NCBI GenBank assembly: GCA_963712745.1
Contig: CAVQJC010000005.1
Location: forward strand, 1 to 64,000
Direction: 5' to 3'
Source of the DNA: an uncultured Chloroflexia bacterium
GTDB taxonomy: Bacteria; Chloroflexota; Limnocylindria; Limnocylindrales; CSP1-4
DNA: 64,000 nucleotides
Notes under the pieces: model-generated
What the model saw: the letters and a program-made list of their open reading frames with translations, nothing else
Told to the model about the DNA's origin: nothing
Databases searched by the model: none
Part shown: one piece after another, positions 12,423 through 22,329 of the stretch
Layout of the letters: every line of letters starts with the position of its first letter
Position numbering within the stretch: position 1 is the first letter of the stretch
Made by a program: the position numbers and the translations under genes

Positions 12423-13640
12423 CTACGCCAGTGTCCCGGACTCGACGACATCGATCAGGCCGACCGCCTGGTCGTAGCTGGAGACCATGGGGTTGGCCAG
12501 CATGGCCCGCACGCGATCGTCGTGTGAGGCCCTCGGGTGCGTGGCGGCCACGGCCATCAGCTCGTACGCGGCGTGCTCGGCGAGGAGCTGAGCCGGCAGC
12601 GGGGGCAGTGGCGGCGTAGCCAGGGCCTCCACCGACCGAGGGGCGGGGAGGCGGACCGGACCCTCCGTGATGGCCGCGTCGGGTAGTCCCTCGATGCGCC
12701 CGTCGTTGCGCATCCCCAGGATCAGGACCTCCTCCGATCCATTGGACCAGGCATCGACCAGCGGCAGCACCGCCGTGGAGTACCACACCGCCCCACGTCT
12801 GGGCAGGTCGGATCGCGCGTCTGCGTAGCCCTGCAGGAGTTCCGCTTCGAGCCGCTGCAGCTGCTGGGCGCGCGTCTCGGTCGCAGCCTGCTGCGTCGCA
12901 AGGATCCGGTCGGGCGTCAGGTAGTAGCGCACGTACGGTGCCGGCAGCGCCCCCTGCATCCGGACCGCCTCTGGATCCTGGCCCGTGGCCAGGTCGAGAA
13001 CGGCCTCCAGGTCGGCCGGAGCTTCAGGCGTCCACCAACCCAGGTGGTTCATGCCCTGGTACCGCGAACGCACTTCAGCGGTAGCGACCCCCAGCCGATC
13101 CGCGATGGCGTCACAGAAGACCACCGGTGAGTCGCAGACAGAGAAGACCGTGGACCCATAGGCAGCCCCCAGGGCGGCCACCACGATGCCCGAGGGGTTG
13201 GTGAGGTTGATGTGGAGAGCCTTCGGAGCGGACTCCATGACGGTGGCCCAGTAGTCGCGGACGGCCGGCACGGTGCGCAGGGCGTTGGCCAGGCCGCCTG
13301 GTCCCATCGTCTCCTCGCCCGGGCAGCCGTGGCGCTGCGGATAGCTCTCGTCGAACACGCGTGCGGCGAGTCCACCGATGCGGACCGCGTTGAGCACCAC
13401 GTCGGCACCCTCGAGGGCGGCCGCGAGGTCTGTGGATGCCTGAACGTCAACACCAGCACCCTCGAGCGGGTTGACGCGCCGGCGCATCTCGGCCGCGACC
13501 AGCTCCAGTCGTTCGCTCGACCGGCCGTGGAGGACCAGCTCCAGCGGAGGACGTCGCTCGGTGCCAGCGGGCCAGTCGGCCAGGGCGTCGGCCAGCTCAG
13601 GCGTGGCGGAGGCGGAGCCGCCCAGGATGACCATGCGCAT
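12423..13640 (-). CDS. Glycoside hydrolase family 4 (6-phospho-beta-glucosidase-like)
   Basis: MVILGGSAS.TP, GEETMGPGG.ANALRTVP, NLTNPSG, VCDSP, GMNHLGW. Confidence 0.9.
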   Translation of the reverse strand: MRMVILGGSASATPELADALADWPAGTERRPPLELVLHGRSSERLELVAAEMRRRVNPLEGAGVDVQASTDLAAALEGADVVLNAVRIGGLAARVFDESYPQRHGCPGEETMGPGGLANALRTVPAVRDYWATVMESAPKALHINLTNPSGIVVAALGAAYGSTVFSVCDSPVVFCDAIADRLGVATAEVRSRYQGMNHLGWWTPEAPADLEAVLDLATGQDPEAVRMQGALPAPYVRYYLTPDRILATQQAATETRAQQLQRLEAELLQGYADARSDLPRRGAVWYSTAVLPLVDAWSNGSEEVLILGMRNDGRIEGLPDAAITEGPVRLPAPRSVEALATPPLPPLPAQLLAEHAAYELMAVAATHPRASHDDRVRAMLANPMVSSYDQAVGLIDVVESGTLA

Positions 13641-13644
13641 GACT

Positions 13645-14799
13645 TCAGTCTCCCGCGTAGAAGTCGCGGATGCCGCCGGCTACCCGCTCGACCTCGGCAT
13701 CCGTCAGCTCGGCGAACATGGGTAGACACAGGACACGCGGGAACAGCGAGCGCGCCACGGCCATGTCGTCCGCTGCCCGCCACGGGTTCTCGGTGTACGC
13801 ACCCTGGTCCGGCACCAGCTTGGGATACATGATCTGCGTCCGGACCCCGCGCTCCTCGAGGTAGGCCATCAGCTCCTCGCGTCGCGGCGCCAGGACCGTG
13901 TACTGGTAGTAGGCGTGGCGACCGGTCGCATCGCGGACCGGCAGCTGAAGCGGAGTGTCAGACAGTAGTCCGTCGTAGCCCGCCGCGACTCGCCGCCGGC
14001 CGGCCAGCTGGTCCTCCATCTGGCGCAGCTTGATGCGCAGGAAGGCAGCCTGCATCTCGTCCAGCCGCTCCTGGTAGCCGAGGATGAGGTGCTCGTGCTT
14101 GGTGCCGGCCTGGCCCATGTAGCGCAGCTGGCGGACGCGCGCGGCGAGCTCGTCATCGGAGGTGGTGACGAAGCCGCCGTCACCGAGAGCGCCCAGCAGC
14201 TTGGCCGGGTAGAAGCTGAAGGCCGCGATCTCTCCCAGGCTGCCGGCCTTGCGCTCGCCAAGGGTGGCGCCGTGCGCGTGCGCGGCATCCTCCAGGACCG
14301 GGATGCCCGGCGCCGCTTCGCGGACCGCGTCGACGTCGACGCAGCCGCCGTACATGTGGACCGGCAGGATGGCCCTGGTCTTCTCGCTGACGGCCGCGGC
14401 CACGCGCGCCGGGTCCATGTTGTAGGTGACGGGATCGACGTCCACGAAGACCGGCGTGGCCCCGGTGTACGAGATGGCGAAGACGGTCGCGATATAGGTG
14501 TTGGGGACAGTGACGACCTCGTCGCCGGGACCCACGCCCAGGGCGCGAAGCGCCAGGTGGAGCGCGGCCGTGCCGCTGCTGATGCCGATGCCATGGCTGC
14601 TGTCGCTGTAGGCCGCGAACTCCTCCTCGAAGGCCGCCAGCTGCTTGCCCAGCGTGTACTTCCCGACCGGCAGCACCTCCTCGAAGGCCGCGCGCAGATC
14701 GTCGGCGATGGCCGCATGCCAGCGGGTGAGGTCCTCCGGCGGGATGACCGGCAGGTCCGCGTCGGCGCCAGGCCCCCTGGTCGTAGCTGGCGTGGTCAT
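13645..14799 (-). CDS. DegT/DnrJ/EryC1/StrS sugar aminotransferase
   Basis: SSGTAALHLAL, EDAAHAHG, FSFYPAKLLGALGDGG. Confidence 0.95.
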   Translation of the reverse strand: MTTPATTRGPGADADLPVIPPEDLTRWHAAIADDLRAAFEEVLPVGKYTLGKQLAAFEEEFAAYSDSSHGIGISSGTAALHLALRALGVGPGDEVVTVPNTYIATVFAISYTGATPVFVDVDPVTYNMDPARVAAAVSEKTRAILPVHMYGGCVDVDAVREAAPGIPVLEDAAHAHGATLGERKAGSLGEIAAFSFYPAKLLGALGDGGFVTTSDDELAARVRQLRYMGQAGTKHEHLILGYQERLDEMQAAFLRIKLRQMEDQLAGRRRVAAGYDGLLSDTPLQLPVRDATGRHAYYQYTVLAPRREELMAYLEERGVRTQIMYPKLVPDQGAYTENPWRAADDMAVARSLFPRVLCLPMFAELTDAEVERVAGGIRDFYAGD

Positions 14800-14832
14800 G
14801 GGTAGCTCCTCCTGGTCGTGTCGGACGGCGGT

Positions 14833-15876
14833 TCAGGCGTCGGCGGTCTCCGCCGGTTCGGGGATGGTGTCAAGCAGTCGGGCGACCCGCGCGGTATCGA
14901 GCGGCACCTCGTCGACGATGGAGTGAGGCAGGCCGGCCGCGCGCACGAAGCGAGGCAGGTCCAGTAGGACGGCTTCGAGGGTGTCGCGATCGAGGCCAAG
15001 CTGGTCGGGCCGCCACTCCACGCCACATCGGTCGAGGAAGGCCGCGGCTCGGGCCTGATCGTTGTCCTGCAGGCCCGACATCAGCACGGTGCCCAGGCCG
15101 ATGAGCTCACCGTGGACGAAGGAGCGGCGAGTGTGCGCTTCGGTCGCGTAGCCGAAGAAGTGCTCGGAGCCCTCCTCTGGCCCGCTGTGGCCGACGGTGA
15201 GCAGCAAGGCGTTGACCTCGACGTAGGCACGGATGATGAACTCCAGTGCCTCGTGCGTGACGGTTGCGATCCCCCCGGTCTGCCCATAGAGACGTTCGAG
15301 GACCGCGGCCGCCGCCGCGTCCGCCTCCGCGTCGAAGGTGATGGTGCCGGCCGTGGACCCCAGGGCCCAGTCGAAACGACCCGTCTGGATCGAGAGCAGA
15401 TCACCCACACCGGCGCGGTTGAGCCGCTTGGGCGCGGTAGCGATGAGGTCGAGATCGGCGATGATCGGGTCAGCCACGACGAAGCCGTCGTACTCCACCG
15501 TGCCGTTCCGCCGGACGGCCACGGTGTTGGTCACCGAAGCATCGACACTGATGATGCTGGGCGCGAGGACGAGGGGTGTACCACTGCGCCAGGCCAGGAA
15601 CTTGGCGGTGTCCATGACCACGCCGCCACCGATGCCGATGATATGACCGGTCGCTGCCAGCCCGGCGGCCATCCTCTCGAGGTCATCCTCGTCGAGCGAG
15701 GTGGTCATGAGCGTGGCTTGCGCGCCTTCGACTACCGTCCCCGCGACCTGGCCCAGGGGCTCCGGCTGGGTCACCAGCGTGTAGGAGCCGCCGAGGGCAG
15801 CGACCTCAGGGCCGAGGATGCCCCGGCCGACGCGCAGATCCGGGTGCTTGGCTCGTTCGAGCGTTTCCTGGTCCAC
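14833..15876 (-). CDS. Glycerol-1-phosphate dehydrogenase-like (AraM/EgsA; DHQS-like superfamily) oxidoreductase
   Basis: GIGGGVVMDTAK, SVDAS, AGVGDLLS, GSEH, HGE. Confidence 0.85.
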   Translation of the reverse strand: MDQETLERAKHPDLRVGRGILGPEVAALGGSYTLVTQPEPLGQVAGTVVEGAQATLMTTSLDEDDLERMAAGLAATGHIIGIGGGVVMDTAKFLAWRSGTPLVLAPSIISVDASVTNTVAVRRNGTVEYDGFVVADPIIADLDLIATAPKRLNRAGVGDLLSIQTGRFDWALGSTAGTITFDAEADAAAAAVLERLYGQTGGIATVTHEALEFIIRAYVEVNALLLTVGHSGPEEGSEHFFGYATEAHTRRSFVHGELIGLGTVLMSGLQDNDQARAAAFLDRCGVEWRPDQLGLDRDTLEAVLLDLPRFVRAAGLPHSIVDEVPLDTARVARLLDTIPEPAETADA

Positions 15877-15960
15877 GCGCCGAGGATACCAGTCCAGTCA
15901 TTAGTCCTGCTGATGTCGCGCACCATATGCCCCTGATGTGCGCGGTTTGCGCAGGACTCG

Positions 15961-15989
15961 TTGACAGTTCGATAGCCACCGGCCACAAT
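15961..15989 (+). promoter_or_regulatory. Sigma70-type promoter, probably leaderless for the DeoR gene
   Basis: TTGACA-17 bp-CACAAT, with ATG 6 nt downstream and no RBS. Confidence 0.65.
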
Positions 15990-15995
15990 CGACCG

Positions 15996-16760
15996 ATGCC
16001 AGCAGCGACTCGAGACGAGGTCGTCATGGACGTGCTCCGCGTGTCCGGGACTGCATCGGTCTCTGACCTGGCGGCCTCGCTCGATGTCACCGAGGCCACC
16101 GTTCGGCGCACCCTCCAGCGCCTCGCGCGCGACGGCCGGGTCATCCGTACATACGGCGGAGCCACCGTCGTCGAGGGTCGCGCCAGAGCGGTGACCAGTC
16201 GCGAAGACCCCCAGATCAGGCACAAGCGCGTCGTGGGGACGGCCGCAGCCCAGCTGGTGGAGGACGGCTCGACCATCGCGCTGTCGAGCGGCACCACCGT
16301 CCTGGAGATGGCCCGGCGGCTGCGCGGACGGGACGTCACCGTCATCACCAACGCACTCGACGTGGCCAACGTGCTCCTCGATGCCCCGGGTATCGAGATC
16401 ATCGTCGTGGGTGGCGTGGTGCTGGGCGGCGTGCACAGCATGCGCGGCCATCTGACCGAGGAGGCGTTGCGCGACCTGCGGGCTGACACCGTCTTCATGG
16501 GTGCCTCAGCCATCGATCTCAGCTCGGGGTTCATGACCGAGCAGGTGCGTGAGATCGCGGTCGACCGCGCCATGCGCGACATCGCTCGAGAAGCGGTCAT
16601 CCTGGCCGATGCCAGCAAGTTCGACCGGGTCGCTCCCGGCTTCATGTTCGACTTTGGCCAGGTCAGCACCGTCGTCACCGACGACCGCATCACCGACACC
16701 ATGCGCGAGGCGCTCGAGGGTCGGGGTGTGCGTGTGGTCGCGGGCCGGGAGCTCCACTGA
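15996..16760 (+). CDS. DeoR/GlpR transcriptional regulator
   Basis: SVSDLAASLDVTEATVRRTL..L, RTYGGA, SSGTT, VITNALDVA, ADASKF. Confidence 0.95.
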   Translation: MPAATRDEVVMDVLRVSGTASVSDLAASLDVTEATVRRTLQRLARDGRVIRTYGGATVVEGRARAVTSREDPQIRHKRVVGTAAAQLVEDGSTIALSSGTTVLEMARRLRGRDVTVITNALDVANVLLDAPGIEIIVVGGVVLGGVHSMRGHLTEEALRDLRADTVFMGASAIDLSSGFMTEQVREIAVDRAMRDIAREAVILADASKFDRVAPGFMFDFGQVSTVVTDDRITDTMREALEGRGVRVVAGRELH

Positions 16761-16761
16761 C

Positions 16762-18102
16762 ATGGCGGACGAGGGCGAGGTGATCGAAACGAAGACCGTC
16801 GACGAGGCCGCGCTGGAGCGGGGCCGGAATGTATTGATGCGAGGCTGGTCCACGACGGAGTCGGCAGAGAACCCCATCCTGCTCACGCGCGCCAAGGGCT
16901 GCTACGTCTGGGATCGGGACGGCAACCAGTACCTCGACTGCACGTCCCAGGCCTGGTCCTACAACATCGGAGCGGGGCATCCGGCCGTCCTGGCGGCAGC
17001 GGCGGCGCAGGCAGAGCAGATCACCCACGCGCGCAGCAACTACGACACGATCCCGCTCCTCCTCTTCTCGGACAGGCTCGTCCGGCTCGCGCCGGACGGC
17101 CTGTCCAAAGTCGCCTACAGCCTCCACGGCAGCACCGCCGTGGAGATGGCCGTCAAGCTGGCGGCCAAGAACCGGCCCGGGGCCGGACCGCTCATGACGC
17201 TCTACGACGGCTACCACGGCCGGACCATGACGGGCATGGCCGCCAGCTGGCCGCACACGCACAACCAGTTCGGCGCGCTGATGCCGCCGGTCGTGCGGGT
17301 TCCCGGGCCCAACCCCTATCGGCCGCCCGCCGGCGTCGCTCCGGCGGACCTGGCCGTCTACCACGCGGAGCTGCTGCGAGATGCCATCCGACGCGGGGTC
17401 AACGGCACGCCGCTGGCGTTCATGATGGAGCCCATCCAGGGCAACGGCGGCCACATCGAGTTCCCACGCGAGTACTACCGACTGGTGCGCGAGATCTGCG
17501 ACGACGAAGGCGTCCTGCTCATCTTCGACGAGATCCAGACCGGCTTCGGACGAGCGGGAGCGTGGTGGGCCTCGGACCTGTACGAGGTCACGCCGGACAT
17601 CCTCGTGTTCGGCAAGGCCATCGCTGGTGGCTTCCCCTTGGCGGGAGTGCTGGCCCGCCACGAGCTGGGCAGCTTCGACACGGCCGACGAGTCACTCACG
17701 TTCGGCCAGTGGCCTGTCTCCATGGCGGCCGCGCTGGCCACGCTGGACGTGATCGAGGAGGAAGGCCTCATCGAGAAGGCCCGCACCACCGGCGCATACG
17801 TCACCGAGCGACTGCTCGAGCTCCAGACTCGACACCGGCTCATCGGCGACGTCCGCGGACCAGGCCTCTTCGCCGCCATCGAGCTCGTCCGCGACCGGGT
17901 CACCAAGGAGCCGGCGACGACCGAGACCGAGCAGGTCTACGACCTCGCCCTGGAGCGGCTGGTCATGTTCGGGACGAGCCGCTACTCAGGCCTGGGCAAC
18001 CTCGTCAAGTTCAAGCCCCCGCTGACCATCAGCCGCGAGCAGGTCGATCACGCCATCGACGTCCTCGACGAGGTCCTGGGGCACATCGAAGCCAACAAGT
18101 GA
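16762..18102 (+). CDS. Class III PLP aminotransferase (GabT/omega-aminotransferase-like)
   Basis: YLDCTSQ, YHGRT, EPIQGNGG, IFDEIQTGFGRAG, DILVFGKAIAGG. Confidence 0.95.
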   Translation: MADEGEVIETKTVDEAALERGRNVLMRGWSTTESAENPILLTRAKGCYVWDRDGNQYLDCTSQAWSYNIGAGHPAVLAAAAAQAEQITHARSNYDTIPLLLFSDRLVRLAPDGLSKVAYSLHGSTAVEMAVKLAAKNRPGAGPLMTLYDGYHGRTMTGMAASWPHTHNQFGALMPPVVRVPGPNPYRPPAGVAPADLAVYHAELLRDAIRRGVNGTPLAFMMEPIQGNGGHIEFPREYYRLVREICDDEGVLLIFDEIQTGFGRAGAWWASDLYEVTPDILVFGKAIAGGFPLAGVLARHELGSFDTADESLTFGQWPVSMAAALATLDVIEEEGLIEKARTTGAYVTERLLELQTRHRLIGDVRGPGLFAAIELVRDRVTKEPATTETEQVYDLALERLVMFGTSRYSGLGNLVKFKPPLTISREQVDHAIDVLDEVLGHIEANK

Positions 18103-18258
18103 AGCCACGACAGCGGAGGCGCAGCTGCCTCGACAAACGCATGGAGGTGAGCCGATAGAGGACCGAGTCTGACCGACAGCCGAGTCCAAGGCTGTCCTCA
18201 CGAGCGGGGTCCCCTGTGGGCTCCGCACCCGGGTACCCAAAGAGGAGGATCTGACCCA

Positions 18259-19624
18259 ATGACCAAGCGTTCGATCAAGGTGACCACAGGCGCGGTCACG
18301 ATGGCCCTCGCCGTATCGGCCCTGTCGGTCGGCTCGGCCGCAGCACAGGACTTCGACTGGCGAGCCCACGAGGGCGAGTCCATCACGTTCCTCGCCAACC
18401 GTTCACCCCTGGACCGATGGGCATGAGGCCCGCGGCTTGCTGGAGCAGTTCACCGCCGACACCGGCATCACCGTCGACGTGCAGGCCGTTCGCCGAAGAC
18501 CTGTACTTCGACAAGATGGAGCAGACGGTTCGTGCCGCCGATGGCAGCGCTGACGTCTACTTCCTGCCCATGGACTCCACCGCCTTCACGCAGTGGAACG
18601 CGGACGCCATCGAGCCCATCACGCCCTACCTGGAAGACCCCAGCAAGACGTCACCCGACTACGACTTCGCCGACTTCCCCGAGGGCTTCATGGGCGGCGT
18701 CACCTATCCGCCCGGCGACCCTGCGGCCCAGGTCTACGGCATCCCCATCGCCTTCGAGGCGTACACCCTCTTCTACAACAAGGACCACGTCGACAAGTAC
18801 CTTGACGGCGCCGTCCCCGAGACGATGCCGGAGCTCATCGCCGCCGCCGCAAGGTCACCGAGGAAGGCGCCTCGGAGGGCATCGCCGGTGCGGTCATGCG
18901 AGGCATCCGCTCGGACACCATCATGGACACGTTGAGCGGCGTCACCCTCAACGCCTTCGGTGACCGTGAGGCACCGAGCCCGTACGGCATGTGGTTCGAC
19001 GGGGCCTGGGACAACCCGCGCCTGGACGACCCCGGCGTCTGCCAGGGTCTGACCGACTACGCCATGCTGTTGGCCGCTGGCCCGCCCAACAAGTTCGCCA
19101 TCGACTGGTCCGACGCGGTCACTCTGTTCCAGCAGGGCAAGGCCGCGTTCTTCATCGACGCCAGCCTGTTCGGCCCGGGCTTCGAGGATCCCGACGTGTC
19201 GCTCGACAGCCGGCAAGACTGGCTACAGCGCACTGCCTCCGCAGGAGGTCGGCGCCAATTCGCTGACCGGACACTGGCTGTGGGGACTCGGTATCCCCAA
19301 GAACGCCCAGAACAAGGACGCGGCCTGGTACTTCATCCAGTACTGACGAACAAGGCCAACACCGCCGAGCTCGGCAAGTGCGACCGGTGGAGCGCCGCGG
19401 CTGAGCGCCTACGAGGACCCGGTCTACACCGAAGCCCTCGTGCCAGAGTACGTGGCGGCGGTCAATGACGCGATGTCCGATTCGCGCGCGGTCGTCATCT
19501 TCAAGGACGGACTGGAAGGCGGCGCCCTGGCCATCGCCGACACGATGCTGGCCATCGCCAACGGCGAGGATCCGCGGCCGCCTGCGCGGCCGGCAGCGAG
19601 GCCCTCAAGGCCGCCGTCAACTAG
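18259..19624 (+). CDS. Carbohydrate ABC transporter substrate-binding protein (CUT1; multiple frameshifts)
   Basis: Signal peptide, YGIP..LFYNKD, PETMPEL, FQQGKAAF, WGLGIPKNAQNKDAAWYFIQ. Confidence 0.85.
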
Positions 19625-19782
19625 CATCCGAGCACAGCAAGCGATCGCTCGCCGGCCCCGAGTCGGCGAGCGGCCCAGACGCCCTGCCTCGGCGCAACCC
19701 TGGCAGGGCGCCCTCGACTGGGGGCTACCACTGACTCCACGCACCTCTCCATCGATGACGGCCCGATGAGGCGCGAGGCCCG

Positions 19783-20664
19783 ATGAGGCGCGAGCGGACG
19801 CGCACGCGAACCGACCGGGGTACGCGCTTCCTGATCCCGCTCGTGGTGATCCTTGGCCTGACCTCGCTCTACCCCACGTTCTACTCGCTCTACATGAGCT
19901 TCTTCGACTGGAACTGGGGCCAGCGCTTCAACTTCGTGGGGCTCTCGAACTACATCGAGCTGCTCGGTTCCGAGCGCTTCCAGATCGCACTCTGGAACAC
20001 CTTCGTCTTCACCATCGGCGCCGTCGCTGTCGAGCTCTTCCTGGGCATGAGCCTGGCCCTGGTCGTGAACCGGCTCGGCCGAGGCGCGGCCGTGGTGCGG
20101 ACACTGCTGCTGGTGCCGCTGATGGTCTCGGGCATCATCGTCGCGCTCATCTGGAAGATCATCCTCGATCCCACCATCGGACCGGTGAACCTGGTGCTGC
20201 GGCAGATGGGCATCCCGGCGCTGGGGTTCCTGGGTGACCCCGCGATGGGCATGGCCTCGGTCATCCTGGTCGACACCTGGTGGCAGACCGCCTTCGTCTT
20301 CATCGTCTTCTCGGCCGGACTACAGGCGCTTCCGCGTGAGCCACTGGAGGCGGCCGAGGTGGACGGGGCCGGGTTCTTCGCGCGACTGCGCTACGTGATG
20401 CTGCCGATGCTCAGGCCCATCATCCTGGTCATCATCCTGTTCCGGACCATCGACTGCATGAAGGTCTTCGCCATCATCTTCGGCACCACCGGTGGCGGGC
20501 CACTGACGACCACCGAGTCGGTGCAGGTGCTGGCCTATCGCATCGCCTTCAAGCAGACCAGCATGAGCCTGTCGATGGCGGCCATGGTCATCTTCGCCGC
20601 CGTCGTCCTGGTTCTGGTCCTCGTCATCCGCCGGGCCGGTCGCGAGCAGAGCTCCGTCGGATGA
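19783..20664 (+). CDS. Carbohydrate ABC transporter permease (MalF-like)
   Basis: FVGLSNY and EAAEVDGA motif. Confidence 0.95.
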   Translation: MRRERTRTRTDRGTRFLIPLVVILGLTSLYPTFYSLYMSFFDWNWGQRFNFVGLSNYIELLGSERFQIALWNTFVFTIGAVAVELFLGMSLALVVNRLGRGAAVVRTLLLVPLMVSGIIVALIWKIILDPTIGPVNLVLRQMGIPALGFLGDPAMGMASVILVDTWWQTAFVFIVFSAGLQALPREPLEAAEVDGAGFFARLRYVMLPMLRPIILVIILFRTIDCMKVFAIIFGTTGGGPLTTTESVQVLAYRIAFKQTSMSLSMAAMVIFAAVVLVLVLVIRRAGREQSSVG

Positions 20665-21509
20665 GCGACACGCCGCGGTTCAGCCGCAAGACCCGGAACC
20701 GCCTCGAGCTGTCCACGGCCTGGGGCGTGGCCATCATCGCCATCGGCCTGACCCTGTTCCCGTTGTACTGGCTCTTCGTCATCTCCACCAAGAAGCCGGT
20801 GGACGCGTTCAAGACTCCGCCGGACCTCATCTACATCCCCGACTTCAGCAAGTACGCCGAGATCTGGCAGCAGGGCGACTTCGCCGCGGCCTTCTTCAAC
20901 AGCGTCATCGTGGTCGGCATCGGCGTGACCCTGGCCATCGTCATCGCTGCGCCGGCCGCCTACGCCATCGTGCGCTTCCGCATCCGGGCGGGCCGCTGGC
21001 TGGCACTGTGGCTGCTGCTGGCCTACGCGCTCCCAGAGTTCCTCTTCGTCATCCCCATGTACGTGCTGTATCAGCAGATCGGGCTGTTCGACACGCAGAT
21101 CGGGCTGGCGCTCATCTACCAGGTGTTCGCCGTGCCCTTCGCGGTCTGGCTCATCCAGGCCTTCTTCAGCGAGGTCCCGCACGACCTCGGCGACGCGGCC
21201 CGGGTCGACGGATGCACCGAGCTCCAATCGCTGCTGCGGGTCTATCTGCCGCTGGCGGCCCCGGGGATCGCGGCCACCGGCATCCTCGTGGGCATCGTGA
21301 TGTGGAACGAGGTGACGATCGCCCTGTCGCTCACCTTCGACGAGTCGCGGACCGTGACCATCGCGGTCGCGGGCTACCGGGGCTATGCCGCGCTGCGCTG
21401 GCAGGAGATGGCCGCGGCCTCGGTGACGGCCATCATCCCGATGCTCGTCTTCGCGCTGGTGGCGCAGCGCTATCTCGTCAAGGGCCTCACATTCGGAGCA
21501 GTGAAATGA
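20661..21509 (+). CDS. Carbohydrate ABC transporter permease (MalG-like)
   Basis: DAARVDGC, WNE, QRYLVKGLTFGAVK. Confidence 0.95.
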   Translation: MSDTPRFSRKTRNRLELSTAWGVAIIAIGLTLFPLYWLFVISTKKPVDAFKTPPDLIYIPDFSKYAEIWQQGDFAAAFFNSVIVVGIGVTLAIVIAAPAAYAIVRFRIRAGRWLALWLLLAYALPEFLFVIPMYVLYQQIGLFDTQIGLALIYQVFAVPFAVWLIQAFFSEVPHDLGDAARVDGCTELQSLLRVYLPLAAPGIAATGILVGIVMWNEVTIALSLTFDESRTVTIAVAGYRGYAALRWQEMAAASVTAIIPMLVFALVAQRYLVKGLTFGAVK

Positions 21510-22300
21510 ATGACTTGGTACTGGCGGGCCGCAGGGCCCTGGTGACCGGCGCGGGCCGCGGTATCGGCCGAGCCATCGCTTTGCGCCTCGCGGAGGACGG
21601 GGCCGACGTCGTGGTCAACGACCTGGATGCGGAGACTGCCGGCTCCACTGTGGCCGCGGTCCGGGCGCTGGGTCGGCGCTCCGAGGTCGCGTCCGGCGAC
21701 CTGTCGGACACGGCCACCGTTCACGCCGTCTGCGACCAGGCGGTCGATCAGCTCGGCGGCATCGACATCCTCGTCAACAACGCGGGCATCTCCCTGTACC
21801 GCGCCATCGTCGACTGCTCAGAGGAGGACTGGGACGGACATCTGGACATCATGGCCAAGGCCACGTTCCTGACCATGCGACGACTGGCGCCGGCGATGAT
21901 GGAGCGAGGCTGGGGCCGCATCGTCAACCTCGGTTCGTACGTGGCCCAGTTCAATTGCACCACCAAGTACTTCGGGCCCTATTGCGCCGCCAAGTTCGCC
22001 ATCGTGGGACTGACGCAGGTGGCCGCCCAGGAGTTCGCTCCGGCGGTCACGGTCAACGCCGTCGGGCCCGGCGATGTCGAGACCGAGATGATGGAGATCG
22101 AGTGGGTCCAGGAAGGCGAGCGTCGATCGATCCCGGCCGACGAGGTCAAGGAGGAGTACCGCCAACGCCTCATCCTGGAGCGTCTCGAGCGCCCTGAGGA
22201 CATCGCCGGCGCGGTGGCCTTCCTGTGTACACCAGCTGCCGACCAGATCACCGCCAGCCACATGATCGTGAGTGGAGGCTTGCCCTATCACCACTCCTGA
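21506..22300 (+). CDS. SDR oxidoreductase
   Basis: TGAGRGIG, NNAG, YCAAK; ATGA coupling to the permease. Confidence 0.95.
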   Translation: MNDLVLAGRRALVTGAGRGIGRAIALRLAEDGADVVVNDLDAETAGSTVAAVRALGRRSEVASGDLSDTATVHAVCDQAVDQLGGIDILVNNAGISLYRAIVDCSEEDWDGHLDIMAKATFLTMRRLAPAMMERGWGRIVNLGSYVAQFNCTTKYFGPYCAAKFAIVGLTQVAAQEFAPAVTVNAVGPGDVETEMMEIEWVQEGERRSIPADEVKEEYRQRLILERLERPEDIAGAVAFLCTPAADQITASHMIVSGGLPYHHS

Positions 22301-22329
22301 GATCACGACGGGGTGGGTGTAACTGTCGA

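Noticed and set aside
13645-15876. Aminocyclitol antibiotic biosynthesis cluster
   Set aside because: The DHQS-like gene has G1PDH motifs rather than cyclase motifs. There is no glycosyltransferase or resistance gene, and an importer plus glycosidase point to catabolism.
18259-21509. ABC operon lacking an ATPase gene
   Set aside because: Normal for CUT1 transporters that share an MsiK/MalK-type ATPase encoded elsewhere.
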